Of a stretch of 64,000 nt of DNA, positions 31,436-41,699 are shown in pieces (position 1 is the stretch's first letter; each line of letters opens with the position of its first letter). The stretch comes from Microcoleus sp. Its GTDB lineage: Bacteria; Cyanobacteriota; Cyanobacteriia; Cyanobacteriales; Microcoleaceae. Both the position numbers and the translations under genes were made by a program. The DNA lies in assembly GCA_052279835.1 (NCBI GenBank), contig CP181291.1, forward strand, positions 960,001 to 1,024,000. The letters are read 5' to 3'. The notes under the pieces were generated by a model. That model searched no databases, had not been told where the DNA came from, and worked only from the letters and a program-made list of their open reading frames with translations.

Positions 31436-31834
31436 ATGCTCTTGTCCGAAAATCGCTATCAGCGCTATCACAAATTAAAGCAAGCACTCGAACAGCTCCA
31501 AAAAACTGCTGCACAGGATAATCTCGATCGAGCTGCACTGGTGGCGGAATACAAAAAAGTGCAACAATTTTTCGGAAACCAAATTATGACAACCGACAAC
31601 AGTGAGTTAGAGTCCTCAGAAACACCCGCAGAACAGTCCTATCTGACGGAAATTCACAAGCAACTGCGAATGTTGGGGACAGATGTCACATTTTTGCAAG
31701 CATCCCGTCAACCAGCGACAGCGACAGCCAGACAAACTGCGGCGATGGAGAGGATTAACACGCTAATTGGCTACTGTGGTGTGCTGCTGCCCAAAAATTA
31801 TGTAGCTTTAGATACCGCCCAAAAGGCAGAATAA
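31436..31834 (+). CDS. patD: PatD-family protein
   Basis: QSYLTEIHKQLRMLGTDVTFLQASRQ...LIGYC signature; divergent from spoT. Confidence 0.75.
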   Translation: MLLSENRYQRYHKLKQALEQLQKTAAQDNLDRAALVAEYKKVQQFFGNQIMTTDNSELESSETPAEQSYLTEIHKQLRMLGTDVTFLQASRQPATATARQTAAMERINTLIGYCGVLLPKNYVALDTAQKAE

Positions 31835-31881
31835 ACAACTGAGTTAACGAAGAATTGAGCAGGTAAGGAGAAATTAAAGCC

Positions 31882-32463
31882 GTGGAATGTCCAAAATGCA
31901 AACATCCCAACTTAGAGGGTGGCACATTAGCCGGTGCTATTTCGGTGCAATGGTGTCCCAACTGTTATGGTATCTGGATTCCAGGCCGAGAATACGAAAC
32001 TTGGCAAAAAAACCAGCGCCAGTGGTCCCTCAAATCCGACAAGCGGCTGACAGCCACTGTCGGCATAGAATTTACACCATCTCCCTACGACAGCAAAGCA
32101 GCCCTGTGTCCCGAAGATGGTCACTATCTGTCGCGAACAAAAGTTCCTTTTAGCAGAATACCGTTTTACATAGAGCGGTGTACGCTGTGCGGGGGAATTT
32201 GGTGCGATAACGGCGAGTGGGACATTCTAGAAAGTCTCGGATTCCACACCGAGATTGACCAAATGTTTTCTCCCACATGGCAAGCTAAAGCCCGCTTGCA
32301 GGAACTGGCCGAAAGGGAGCGCCAAGTCCTGATAGAAAAGCTAGGTCCAGACATCGCCGGCTATGTGTTGGAACTTGCAGAAGTTTTAGCAGACCATCCC
32401 CATGCAGATTGTGCGGCTACTTATATACTGCGGAAAGCTGAGTTGAAGCGAAAGGAAATTTAG
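31882..32463 (+). CDS. zf-TFIIB domain-containing protein
   Basis: CPKC...CPNCYGIW and CTLCGGIWCDNGEW. Confidence 0.8.
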   Translation: MECPKCKHPNLEGGTLAGAISVQWCPNCYGIWIPGREYETWQKNQRQWSLKSDKRLTATVGIEFTPSPYDSKAALCPEDGHYLSRTKVPFSRIPFYIERCTLCGGIWCDNGEWDILESLGFHTEIDQMFSPTWQAKARLQELAERERQVLIEKLGPDIAGYVLELAEVLADHPHADCAATYILRKAELKRKEI

Positions 32464-32615
32464 TCCTTTGTGAGTTGACAGTTAGCAGTTGACTGTTAAC
32501 TGTTGACTGTTGACTGTTGAGACTAAAAAAAACAAAAAACAAAAAACCACAAATAACCAATAACAAATAACCAATAACAAATAACTAAGGACTAATAACT
32601 AAGGACTAATAACTA

Positions 32616-34583
32616 ATGACTAATGACTATTCTTTGTTTTGCGTCGAAAATCTACGAGTAGCTTATCCTCAGCGCCGAGGCCAATCCGGTTGGGCCGTTG
32701 ACGGCGTTTCCCTGACACTGCAACCGGGAGAAAAGCTGGGATTAGTTGGGGAATCGGGATGCGGCAAGTCAACTTTGGGACGGGCGGCGATGCGTTTGCT
32801 GCCGGAGTCAACCTTGATTGAGGGGCAAGTTCTGTTTAGTGGAGAGTCAATATTTGAAATGAATGCTTCGCGACTCCGAGGGTTTCGGGGCGAAGCTGTG
32901 GCACTGATTTTTCAAGACCCCATGACTCGCCTCGATCCTTTGATGACTGTCGGTCAACATTGTATTGAAACTTTGCAGGCTCATCGACCGAATTTGTCAA
33001 AAAAGGAAGCTAAAAAACGGGCTATTGAAGTTTTGGAAGCGGTAAAAATTCCGGCTTCTCGCTGGTCGCAATTTCCTCACGAATTTAGTGGCGGAATGCG
33101 CCAAAGAGTGGCAATTGCTTTGGCTCTTTTGCTCGAACCTAAATTAATTGTGGCGGATGAACCAACTACCAGTTTGGATGTTACTGTCGCAGCCCAGATT
33201 TTGCAGGAATTAACGCGACTTTGTGCTGAACGGGGAACGGCTATTTTGTTGATTTCTCACGATTTGGCGATGGTGGCTGAGTATTGCGATCGCATTGCGG
33301 TGATGTATGGTGGCAAAGTGGTAGAAACCGGACCAGTGGAGCAAGTTTTTCAACAGCCACAACACGAATATACTCGATCGCTCTTAAAAGCAGCCTTGCA
33401 CATTCAGAAGGAAGAATACAACCCCGTACCGGGAGAATATAACCCCCCCCTACCCCCCCCAAGGGGGGAAATTCAGTCTCCCCCAAGGGGGGAAATTCAG
33501 TCTCCCCCAAGGGGGGAAAGTCAGCCCCTGCCAAGGGGGGAAAGTCAGCCCCTGCCAAGGGGGGAAAGTCAGCCCCTGCCAAGGGGGGAAAGTCAACCCC
33601 TCCCAAGGGGGGAAACTCAGCCTCTGCCAAGGGGGGAAAGTCAGCCTCTGCCAAGGGGGGAAAGTCCATCCCTCCCAAGGGAAAGTCCATCCCTCCCAAG
33701 GGAAAGTCCATCCCTCCCAAGGGAAAGTCCAGCCCTCCCTAACTCCAAAGGGGGGAACGAGGAAAGCAATTCTCCTCTGTTGAGGGTGACAAATTTGCAA
33801 CAGCACTACAGTTTAGAAAGCAATTTATTAGAACAGTTATTTTCTCGGAAACGTGATGTAATTAGAGCAGTAGATGGGGTTAATTTCCAGCTAGAACAGG
33901 GAGAAATCCTAGGGCTGGTAGGGGAGTCAGGCTGTGGCAAAAGTACATTGTCACGGACGATTTTGCAGCTAATTCCCTCAACTGGTGGCAAAGTGGAATT
34001 TCAGGGAATAAATTTGACAGCCCTGACTAGGGATGCTGTGAGGAAACACCGCCGCCAAATGCAAATGGTATTTCAAGACCCCCACGCTTGTTTGAATCCG
34101 ATGATGACTGTGGGAGAAAGTATTGCTGACCCTTTATTGATTCACAAACTAGCTAATACCCGCGAAGCTAAAAGACAAGTAATCCAAATGTTAGAACGGG
34201 TGGGTTTGACTCCTGGGGAAGATTTTTTTAGTCGCTATCCAGCGGAATTGTCAGGAGGACAACAGCAGCGGGTTTCCATCGCTCGCGCTTTGATTACTCG
34301 CCCACAATTGATTATTTGCGACGAACCGGTGAGTATGCTGGATGCGAGTGTTCAAACCCAGGTTTTAGAACTGATGTTGGAATTGAAGCAGGAATTTAAT
34401 CTCACTTATTTGTTTATTACCCATGATTTGTGGGTGGCGCGATTTTTTTGCGATCGCATTGCAGTGATGAATGCTGGCAAAATTGTGGAAATTGGCAAGA
34501 CTAGGGATATTTTTACGAATCCACAGCACCCTTACACTCAGCAGTTGTTGCAAGCGGCTCCTTTATTGGCTCGAACCAATTGA
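32616..34583 (+). CDS. Dipeptide/oligopeptide ABC transporter ATP-binding protein (two NBDs) with a repeat-expanded linker
   Basis: Two GESGCGKS motifs, FSGGMRQR / LSGGQQQR, DEP, HPYT. Confidence 0.92.
   Translation: MTNDYSLFCVENLRVAYPQRRGQSGWAVDGVSLTLQPGEKLGLVGESGCGKSTLGRAAMRLLPESTLIEGQVLFSGESIFEMNASRLRGFRGEAVALIFQDPMTRLDPLMTVGQHCIETLQAHRPNLSKKEAKKRAIEVLEAVKIPASRWSQFPHEFSGGMRQRVAIALALLLEPKLIVADEPTTSLDVTVAAQILQELTRLCAERGTAILLISHDLAMVAEYCDRIAVMYGGKVVETGPVEQVFQQPQHEYTRSLLKAALHIQKEEYNPVPGEYNPPLPPPRGEIQSPPRGEIQSPPRGESQPLPRGESQPLPRGESQPLPRGESQPLPRGETQPLPRGESQPLPRGESPSLPRESPSLPRESPSLPRESPALPNSKGGNEESNSPLLRVTNLQQHYSLESNLLEQLFSRKRDVIRAVDGVNFQLEQGEILGLVGESGCGKSTLSRTILQLIPSTGGKVEFQGINLTALTRDAVRKHRRQMQMVFQDPHACLNPMMTVGESIADPLLIHKLANTREAKRQVIQMLERVGLTPGEDFFSRYPAELSGGQQQRVSIARALITRPQLIICDEPVSMLDASVQTQVLELMLELKQEFNLTYLFITHDLWVARFFCDRIAVMNAGKIVEIGKTRDIFTNPQHPYTQQLLQAAPLLARTN
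33410..33760. repeat. In-frame 24-bp and 21-bp tandem repeats (PRGESQPL / PRESPSL)
   Basis: ccaaggggggaaagtcagcccctg units inside the ABC gene. Confidence 0.9.
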
Positions 34584-34679
34584 TTTTGGATTTTGAATGG
34601 GGGATTTCGGGAATTTGGCTTTAAATTCGTTAAAGTAAAGGCAGACATTTGAAATCATTCCACCGACACCAAGCACCAT

Positions 34680-35754
34680 ATGGCAGAATCTGACCTAGGC
34701 AGTTTTGCGGTGGCACCGGAAGCCTCATTCGCGATCGCAGAAGATGAAGACATCGAGATCGATCTTCCGACTTTAACTCGCTCGTCAGCATACAACAACT
34801 GGTCTGCCGACGATCCCGTCGGAGCTTTGTTCAAGGAAATGGCTCGCTATCCCCTGCTGACTGCCACCGAAGAGGTAGAATTAGCTCGTCGCGTCCAAGA
34901 ATTAGTAGCCCTTGAGGAACTAGAACAGAATTTGAAGCACGAATTGGGGAGAAGTGCCACAAAAGCTGAACTCGCAGCGGCTTTGGGTTTGAGCGAAACT
35001 CAACTGCAAAATCTCCGGTATCAGTGTCAGTCAGCGAAACGGAAAATGATTAGCTCGAATTTGCGGTTGGTGGTTTCCATCGCCAAACGCTATCTGAATC
35101 GGGGCGTACCTTTTCTGGATTTAATTCAAGAAGGCGCTTTGGGTTTAAATCGAGCAGCCGAAAAATTCGATCCTGAGAAAGGTTACAAGTTTTCTACCTA
35201 TGCCTATTGGTGGATTCGCCAGGGAATTACTCGCACAATTGCCAATCAAGGGCGGACGATTCGATTGCCGGTTCACATTGTCGAACAATTAAATAAACTA
35301 AAAAGAGTTTATCGGGATGTCAAGCGATCTCTCCAACGCAATCCCACCGAAGCTGAACTTGCTAAAGCCATGGAAGTTACTTCGGAACAACTTCGTTACC
35401 TCCAGCAAGTACGCCGACAATCTTTGTCTCTCAACCACCGTATCGGCTCGGAAGAAAGTTCGGAACTGTTGGATGTGATAGAAGATAGCGTGACGCAATC
35501 TCCTGAAGCTCAAATGAATGAGATGATGATGCGCCAAGATATTTTGGAGGTGTTGGACAATATTTTGACAGAGCGGGAAAAAGAGATTGTGGCAATGCGT
35601 TATGGCTTAGTAACCGGGGAACCTTACACTTTAGAAGAGGTGAGTAGTTTGTTCAATTTGTCCCGCGAAACGAGTGCGTCAAATTCAAAATAAGGCGATG
35701 CGGAAACTCCGGCGACCTCAAGTGACAGAACGGTTAAAGGGATGGCTGAAATAA
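34680..35754 (+). CDS. Group-2 sigma-70 factor; +1 frameshift at ~35670 in region 4.2
   Basis: NLRLVVSIAKRY, DLIQEG, KFSTYAYWWIRQ; continuation RVRQIQNKAMRKLRRP...WLK* lies in a shifted frame. Confidence 0.88.
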
Positions 35755-35868
35755 GCCACTCTCAAAATCCTTCGGCGGTTGAAACCGCTACTACAGAAAC
35801 TTTCGTCCGCCTGCGCGGACTCAAAAATAATGGTATTTTAATATTGGATTGTCACTTACTGCTTGTCT

Positions 35869-36354
35869 ATGTCTTCTCAGGTAAATTTGCGTCCAGCTAC
35901 GCGGGCAGACGTGCCCGTGTTGTTTGATTTGATTAAAGCTTTGGCTGAGTACGAAAAGTTATCGGATGCTGTCACGGGCAGTGCCCTGGATTTGGAGAAC
36001 CATTTGTTTGGCGATCGACCTTTTGCCGAAGCAATTTTAGCAGAGTCCGAAGGTCGAATCGTGGGCTGGGCGCTGTTTTTTCACAACTATTCTACTTTTC
36101 TGACTCAGCCGGGAATTTACTTGGAAGATTTGTTTGTCCTCCCTGAGTTTCGAGGGCGGGGAATTGGCAAGTCTTTAATAGTATATTTAGCGCAATTGAC
36201 AGTGGAGCGTGGCTGCGGGCGTTTGGAATGGAGTGTGTTGGATTGGAATGAATTGGCGATCGGATTTTACAAAGGCATAGGTGCTAATGTGATGCCCGAC
36301 TGGCGGATTTGTCGGCTGGCGGGCGAATCTCTGGCGACTTTAGCCTCAAAATAA
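35869..36354 (+). CDS. GNAT N-acetyltransferase (diamine acetyltransferase-like)
   Basis: LAEYEK, YSTF, YLEDLFVLPEFRGRGIG, VLDWN. Confidence 0.9.
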   Translation: MSSQVNLRPATRADVPVLFDLIKALAEYEKLSDAVTGSALDLENHLFGDRPFAEAILAESEGRIVGWALFFHNYSTFLTQPGIYLEDLFVLPEFRGRGIGKSLIVYLAQLTVERGCGRLEWSVLDWNELAIGFYKGIGANVMPDWRICRLAGESLATLASK

Positions 36355-36433
36355 TTCAAGTCAAGCTAGGAGTAAAAACAGGTGGCACAGACATCTTGCC
36401 TGTCAAAAAAACAGTAAATTAGGAGAGTAAATT

Positions 36434-36640
36434 ATGATTATTTGGGTAAACGAACAAATCGATCCATCAGGCATTCTGTATGCTTGTATTGCCTGTGTCA
36501 ATGAGACTCAAGCTAAACAATGCCATGATTCTTTTGAACAAAATTTAACCCCAGAACAAAAAAAACAGGGCTGGGTTGCTACATTGCGCACTGTCAGCGC
36601 TTGGGATGAAGTACCTGTTAATGCTTTGAAATTGAATTAA
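36434..36640 (+). CDS. Small conserved cyanobacterial hypothetical protein
   Basis: AGGAG RBS; IWVNEQIDPSG...SAWDEVPVNALKL. Confidence 0.7.
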   Translation: MIIWVNEQIDPSGILYACIACVNETQAKQCHDSFEQNLTPEQKKQGWVATLRTVSAWDEVPVNALKLN

Positions 36641-36943
36641 TCAGTGTAATTCAGTATAATTCAATTAATCTCAACTCCTCCATTAACATAGAAATCATTC
36701 ATCTCTCACTTCTCTTTCTCTGCGCTCTCTGCGTCCTCTGCGGTAAAAAATATCATAAACAACCGCCAACGAAAAAACATATTGCTGTTCCAGGCGATCG
36801 CCCAGATAGCCCAGCACATAATCGGAAAAAAAACAAGATAATTTGAACATAAATTTGTCAAATTATCAAGATGTCAAACCGAGAAGAGGTTTTAGCCTTA
36901 CTATTAATAAGTAAAGACATTTCAAATTGTCAACTTAATTTTT

Positions 36944-37939
36944 ATGGTTGAAACCTTATTTCACGCCTACACGCCTCTACTAATCTGGACAGGCCTAGGA
37001 TTACTCTTATTTCAGTTCATCCCAGTTAATTTTCCCAAACTACTAAGCCACTTTCTTTTTTGGATCGGGATACCGCTGCAAATTCTAGTTTTAGCCCGTC
37101 ACAGCGAATTTTCTGGTGCGGTGGGATTCACCCCTGCGATCGCCATATTTGTGCTATTTCTGAGTACGAGTTTAGCTTGGCTGACTTGGCAGTTATTGCA
37201 ACAGCTAAGCGCCCACCACATCGCCAAGCCCTATTTTTTGGGCAAAAACTCTTTACTCAATGCACTATTGTTAAATTTTAGCTCCCTGAAGCGATCGAGC
37301 CAAGGCAGTTTTATCCTAGCGGCAATATTAGGAAATACCGGCTTTGTCGGCTTAGCGATCGCCCCCAGCATCATCAGCGCCGACAATAACAACTGGGCGG
37401 TATTATATAGCGTGACCAATAACGTGTTCGGAACCTATGTATTTGGTGTATTTATTGCTAGCTATTACGGTCATTCCCAGCAAAAGAATCAATGGTGGAC
37501 TCAGCTAAAAGATGTGGTAACAGTCCCAGCATTATGGGCATTTTTAATTGGCTTTTTAACCAGAAATGTCGCCTTACCGGAGACAGTAGAATTAGGATTG
37601 CAAGCAGCAGTTTGGGTAGTAATTGCCAGTGCTTTGCTGTTAGTTGGTATTCGTCTGAGGTCTATTAAAAAATGGCAAAGTTTTGAAATGGGCTTAATCC
37701 CATCCCTACTAAAAGCAATAATTGTCCCCATGTTCATAGGATTGGGTGCTAGTTATTGCGGATTAAGTGGCGATCCGAGACTCGTGCTGGTGTTGATGTC
37801 GGGAACACCCACGGCACTTTCTGTGTTGATTTTAGCAGAAGTCTATGAACTCGATCGCGATTTGTTAGCTTGCAGTATTGCCATAACTTCTGTGGGGTTG
37901 CTGTTGATGCTTCCCGTGTGGCTAGCTTGGTTTAGTTGA
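36944..37939 (+). CDS. AEC (auxin efflux carrier) family transporter
   Basis: GNTGFVG, PTALSVLILAEVY; ~10 TM segments. Confidence 0.88.
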   Translation: MVETLFHAYTPLLIWTGLGLLLFQFIPVNFPKLLSHFLFWIGIPLQILVLARHSEFSGAVGFTPAIAIFVLFLSTSLAWLTWQLLQQLSAHHIAKPYFLGKNSLLNALLLNFSSLKRSSQGSFILAAILGNTGFVGLAIAPSIISADNNNWAVLYSVTNNVFGTYVFGVFIASYYGHSQQKNQWWTQLKDVVTVPALWAFLIGFLTRNVALPETVELGLQAAVWVVIASALLLVGIRLRSIKKWQSFEMGLIPSLLKAIIVPMFIGLGASYCGLSGDPRLVLVLMSGTPTALSVLILAEVYELDRDLLACSIAITSVGLLLMLPVWLAWFS

Positions 37940-38196
37940 AGTTGGGCAATTTGTGAGGAGTCAAAAACCGGCTTTGTTTCCCAAATCTCCGTGGGAATTC
38001 CGAGACGATGGCAGAAACCAGGTTTTTGGGATTTTGGATGGCGTTACTAAAAGAGGAAAATGAATAGGCGATCGGGTAAAATTGATGAAAGATGATGAAA
38101 GATAAATTTCTAAAAATCCGATCGCTTCTGGGTTGAGACAATTATCTAGCTGTAAGCCATAATTATTTAAAGTCTAATTATTTAGGAGGTGCGATC

Positions 38197-38805
38197 GTGG
38201 TTATTACTCAAACCAACCCACCAAATCTGACCGACGCGACAAAGACTAGCTTCACTCTAGATGAATATAGGGCGATCGAGGAAACTGCCGAACAACGTCA
38301 CGAATATTGTAACGGAGAAATTATCGCTATGCCCGGAGGTTCCCCCGCTCACAGCCGTATTGCCGTAGATACTACGACTTTTCTCAACGTGGCTCTCCGA
38401 GACACCAATTTTCAAACCTATAACGGCGATTTACGAATTTGGATTCCTAGCTTCAATCACGGCACTTATCCCGATGTTATGGTAATTGATGGCGAACCGG
38501 AATTCAATGGATCTCGCACGGATGAAATTCTCAACCCTTTATTGATTGTGGAAATTCTTTCGCCCTCTACGGAAGCCTACGATAGAGGTGAAAAGTTCCG
38601 CAAATATCGCTCTATTGCTAGTTTTTGTGAATATTTGCTGGTGAGTCAAACTGAACCATATATTGAGCAATATCACAACCTCGATCGCCAAAGTAGCGAT
38701 CGCTGGCAATGGCAAGTGTACGATGGGATCGATCGGGCGATCGTCCTGCACAGTGTAAATATAGAAATTCCGATGTCTGAAGTCTATCGCCGCATTAATT
38801 TTTAA
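38197..38805 (+). CDS. Uma2 family endonuclease
   Basis: YPDVMV, IVEILSPSTEAYDRGEKF. Confidence 0.9.
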   Translation: MVITQTNPPNLTDATKTSFTLDEYRAIEETAEQRHEYCNGEIIAMPGGSPAHSRIAVDTTTFLNVALRDTNFQTYNGDLRIWIPSFNHGTYPDVMVIDGEPEFNGSRTDEILNPLLIVEILSPSTEAYDRGEKFRKYRSIASFCEYLLVSQTEPYIEQYHNLDRQSSDRWQWQVYDGIDRAIVLHSVNIEIPMSEVYRRINF

Positions 38806-38869
38806 TGGCCATTTTTTTCATTGTTAAATGGATGATGTTTAAATAGAAATATAAGTTTAGGAGAAAGCT

Positions 38870-39475
38870 ATGACTACTCTAATTCAACATCCAGGGCAAA
38901 ACCAACTTGAAACCCCAGCAGAGGAAAAAGTCTGGACTGATGCTGAATTCATGGCACTCAATCGAGATGGACACCGCTACGAAATTGTAAATGGAAAACT
39001 AATTGACATGGGAAATTCGGGTGCAAAACACGGTTATATTGCGATTATTTTGAGTGCTGCGTTATTTAACTGCGTATCAACGAGAAAATTAGGCGCGATG
39101 TTCGATTCCAGCACTGCTTTCAAGATGAAATCAGGGAATAAGCGATCGCCCGATGTTTCATTCATGGCAAAAGAACGCCTGCAAGGGCTAGATGATATTC
39201 CCGATGGCTTCCTAGAAGGTGCGCCCGATCTTGCCGTAGAAATCCTTTCTCCTAGCAATACTGTGGAAGAAATTCACAATAAACTGGTAGAATATTTTGA
39301 AAATGGAGCGCGTTTAGTTTGGGTGATTAACCCTAAAGAAAAGTATGTGTTGGTGTATCGATCGTCCCAAGAGCCCGATCGCCTGCTCAAGTCCGTTGAC
39401 TCCCTAGATGGCGAAGAAATCGTCTCCGGCTTTACTCTTCCGGTTGCGGATTTATTTCAAAAACTGGCGTTTTAA
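38870..39475 (+). CDS. Uma2 family endonuclease
   Basis: RSPDVSF, APDLAVEILSP. Confidence 0.9.
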   Translation: MTTLIQHPGQNQLETPAEEKVWTDAEFMALNRDGHRYEIVNGKLIDMGNSGAKHGYIAIILSAALFNCVSTRKLGAMFDSSTAFKMKSGNKRSPDVSFMAKERLQGLDDIPDGFLEGAPDLAVEILSPSNTVEEIHNKLVEYFENGARLVWVINPKEKYVLVYRSSQEPDRLLKSVDSLDGEEIVSGFTLPVADLFQKLAF

Positions 39476-39551
39476 TTAATTGGGCGATCGGGCTATAGTT
39501 CTTCATCCCAAAGTATGATAGAGTTAATGTATCAAAAACTTATTAAATACT

Positions 39552-39953
39552 ATGACAATTGAAAATCTTGAAGCTGAGGTTCTTGCACTTCCAAAGGACT
39601 CTCAAGCAGCACTACTATCGCGACTTATAGAACACTTGTGGCGTGGTGAAATAGATCGAGAAGTTGGATCTATCGGGGGTGAGGAGACCCAAAAGCGCGA
39701 TCTGATAATCAATATCCGAATGAATCAACCTCAAAGCGATTTAATCGATCGCGCGGCTCAAATACAAGGAAAAAGTCCCGCACAGTTCATGATGGAGTCA
39801 GCCTACCAAAAAGCCCAAGATGTTCTTTTAGACCGATGTTTTTTTGGGTTAGATGAAGTTAAATTTAAGGAATTTGTAGCATTGCTAGATGCTCAGCCTA
39901 TGGGAAATGAAAAGCTACACACATTACTAACAACTCAATCTCCATGGGATTAG
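39552..39953 (+). CDS. DUF1778 (TacA-like RHH) antitoxin with an addiction-module-like N-terminal fusion
   Basis: INIRM...LIDRAAQIQGKS..FMMESA...LLD; N-terminus EAEVLALPKDSQAALLSRL. Confidence 0.75.
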   Translation: MTIENLEAEVLALPKDSQAALLSRLIEHLWRGEIDREVGSIGGEETQKRDLIINIRMNQPQSDLIDRAAQIQGKSPAQFMMESAYQKAQDVLLDRCFFGLDEVKFKEFVALLDAQPMGNEKLHTLLTTQSPWD

Positions 39954-40039
39954 AACAAGATCGACAGCAGCTTTCTCCTCCCGAAAAAATGAATTCATTA
40001 CATCAAATTGACAGCTTTAATTCAGGCAACAATGAATTA
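39944..40039 (+). pseudogene. Truncated N-terminus of a GNAT (TacT-like) toxin
   Basis: MGLEQDRQQLSPPEKMNSLHQIDSFNSGNNELN overlaps the antitoxin end; the frame then runs into the antisense of 40042..40533. Confidence 0.65.
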
Positions 40040-40041
40040 AA

Positions 40042-40533
40042 CTATCTACAATTATTAGAATTAGGAGTCCGAGAGCTAGTTATTCTTTGACCATAACCAA
40101 GGTAAGCAGTGCGAAAATTTTTAGATTTAAGTATGGCTACAAATTGATTCGCTTTAGAATGATTATAAAATGAAGCAACTATAATTTTATTGACCGATGG
40201 CTCGTAAGCAGCATCACAACAGTACAACTGGCGAATTTGTCTGAGATTGGATTCACTATAATCTACATAAACAGGATACCAAGTTCCTGTCCCTCCTGCA
40301 CTTTTATCTCCACAAAAACTCCTCGGAAACTTGAAAAAAGAATAATTTGTTTTAGTTTGCTGATAAGTTTGCTGATAACGAGGAGAATTAGTTTGACATT
40401 TGCTGAAAATAATTGTCACAAATAAACCAGCGATTAGTGAAAAAATTATCAATCTCCTTTTGTTAAGCTTGCCTGTCTGATGTTTTTGCAGAGCTTTCAA
40501 AATTCTCCGTTCTAAATCTCTGTTATCACTCAT
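40042..40533 (-). CDS. Membrane-anchored hypothetical protein with Cys-containing, SPOR-like C-terminus
   Basis: Single TM LIIFSLIAGLFVTIIF; VASFYNHSKANQFVAIL. Confidence 0.55.
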   Translation of the reverse strand: MSDNRDLERRILKALQKHQTGKLNKRRLIIFSLIAGLFVTIIFSKCQTNSPRYQQTYQQTKTNYSFFKFPRSFCGDKSAGGTGTWYPVYVDYSESNLRQIRQLYCCDAAYEPSVNKIIVASFYNHSKANQFVAILKSKNFRTAYLGYGQRITSSRTPNSNNCR

Positions 40534-40540
40534 AGTTCAC

Positions 40541-41653
40541 TTATTCTTTTTGCTCGTTTAAAGCTGCTTGCACTTTTTTTGTGACTGCTTCAGTTTCCTC
40601 TGAGGTAAGTTTTTCTGAGGCAGGTTTAACATTAATGCGAGTTGTTTTAATGTGTTCTATTGACTTAAGTAGATCGCTGAGCTCAACCTCCTCTTTTCTT
40701 TGACGTGCAACTCTCATAGCTGCATCAATAACAGCATTTTTGATATCACGACCACAAACGTCATCTACTTTTGCAAGTTTCTCTATAGATAGATTTTTGA
40801 CTCCTGGCAGCTTTTGGGGGAGATGTTTCCGCCAAATTTGCTGGCGACCTTTTTCATCTGGCATGGGAAATTTTACGTGACGCACCCGTGTTTCAAAGGC
40901 TTTATCATAGTTCTCAACTAAATTTGTAGAAAAAATTACAACACCGCGAAATCGTTCTAAACAAATTAGTAACTGACTCCTCATGGAATTTATGGCTTGC
41001 TCTGAACCTTGGTTAACATTGGTGAGTCTTTTTGATAGAAGTGAGTCAGCTTCATCTATAAATAATAAAGCCCCTTCTCGCTCTGCTGCTATAAAAATTG
41101 CCTCAACATTTTTTGGTCCTTCGCCGTGATACATACTTTCTATTTGTGCGTAACTAGCCACTAAAATCGGTCGATTTATTTTCGAGGCAATTGCGTGTGC
41201 TGCTAATGTCTTTCCAGTTCCAGGGAGACCGTGAAAGTTTAAAGCCGTTCGAGGGAACGGCTCTATTTCCCTAAGACCCCACTCGTCAAAAATTTTAGCT
41301 TCTAGCTCAATTAAATCAACCGCTAAAAGTAATTCATCCTCTATTTCTTGAGTAATAATTAATTGCTCAAAAGTAAATAAAGGTTTTCCGGCTTTATACT
41401 TCTGAGCGCGTTCTTCCGGTGACAGATCATTGTCAGATTTTTTTTGATTGGTGTCACTGGTATTCGCAGCCAATTTTTCATTATTTTTGTCAATTTCTGA
41501 TGTAGTACCAATAGTAATCTGGATTAGCTCAATACCAGTTTCATCCAGTAGCTTATTGACTGCATTCAAAAGTCTATTTTGACAAAGACGTGCTGCAACT
41601 TCTGGTATTTGATCGGGAATACCATCTACCCAAATAGAGCGACTTTGATTCAT
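40541..41653 (-). CDS. AAA+ ATPase (classical AAA/SpoVK-like)
   Basis: GLPGTGKT, LFIDEADSLL, STN, DKAFETRV, GRDIKN. Confidence 0.9.
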   Translation of the reverse strand: MNQSRSIWVDGIPDQIPEVAARLCQNRLLNAVNKLLDETGIELIQITIGTTSEIDKNNEKLAANTSDTNQKKSDNDLSPEERAQKYKAGKPLFTFEQLIITQEIEDELLLAVDLIELEAKIFDEWGLREIEPFPRTALNFHGLPGTGKTLAAHAIASKINRPILVASYAQIESMYHGEGPKNVEAIFIAAEREGALLFIDEADSLLSKRLTNVNQGSEQAINSMRSQLLICLERFRGVVIFSTNLVENYDKAFETRVRHVKFPMPDEKGRQQIWRKHLPQKLPGVKNLSIEKLAKVDDVCGRDIKNAVIDAAMRVARQRKEEVELSDLLKSIEHIKTTRINVKPASEKLTSEETEAVTKKVQAALNEQKE

Positions 41654-41699
41654 ATTCTGCTAAATATCATTTGTGAGCGATATAATGACGTTTCCTGAA

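Noticed and set aside
31173..31478. 101-aa ORF between spoT and patD
   Set aside because: Lies in the divergent promoter region, overlaps patD and has no motifs
33410..33760. Possible CRISPR array or intein in the ABC gene
   Set aside because: Contiguous tandem units without spacers; no intein splice motifs
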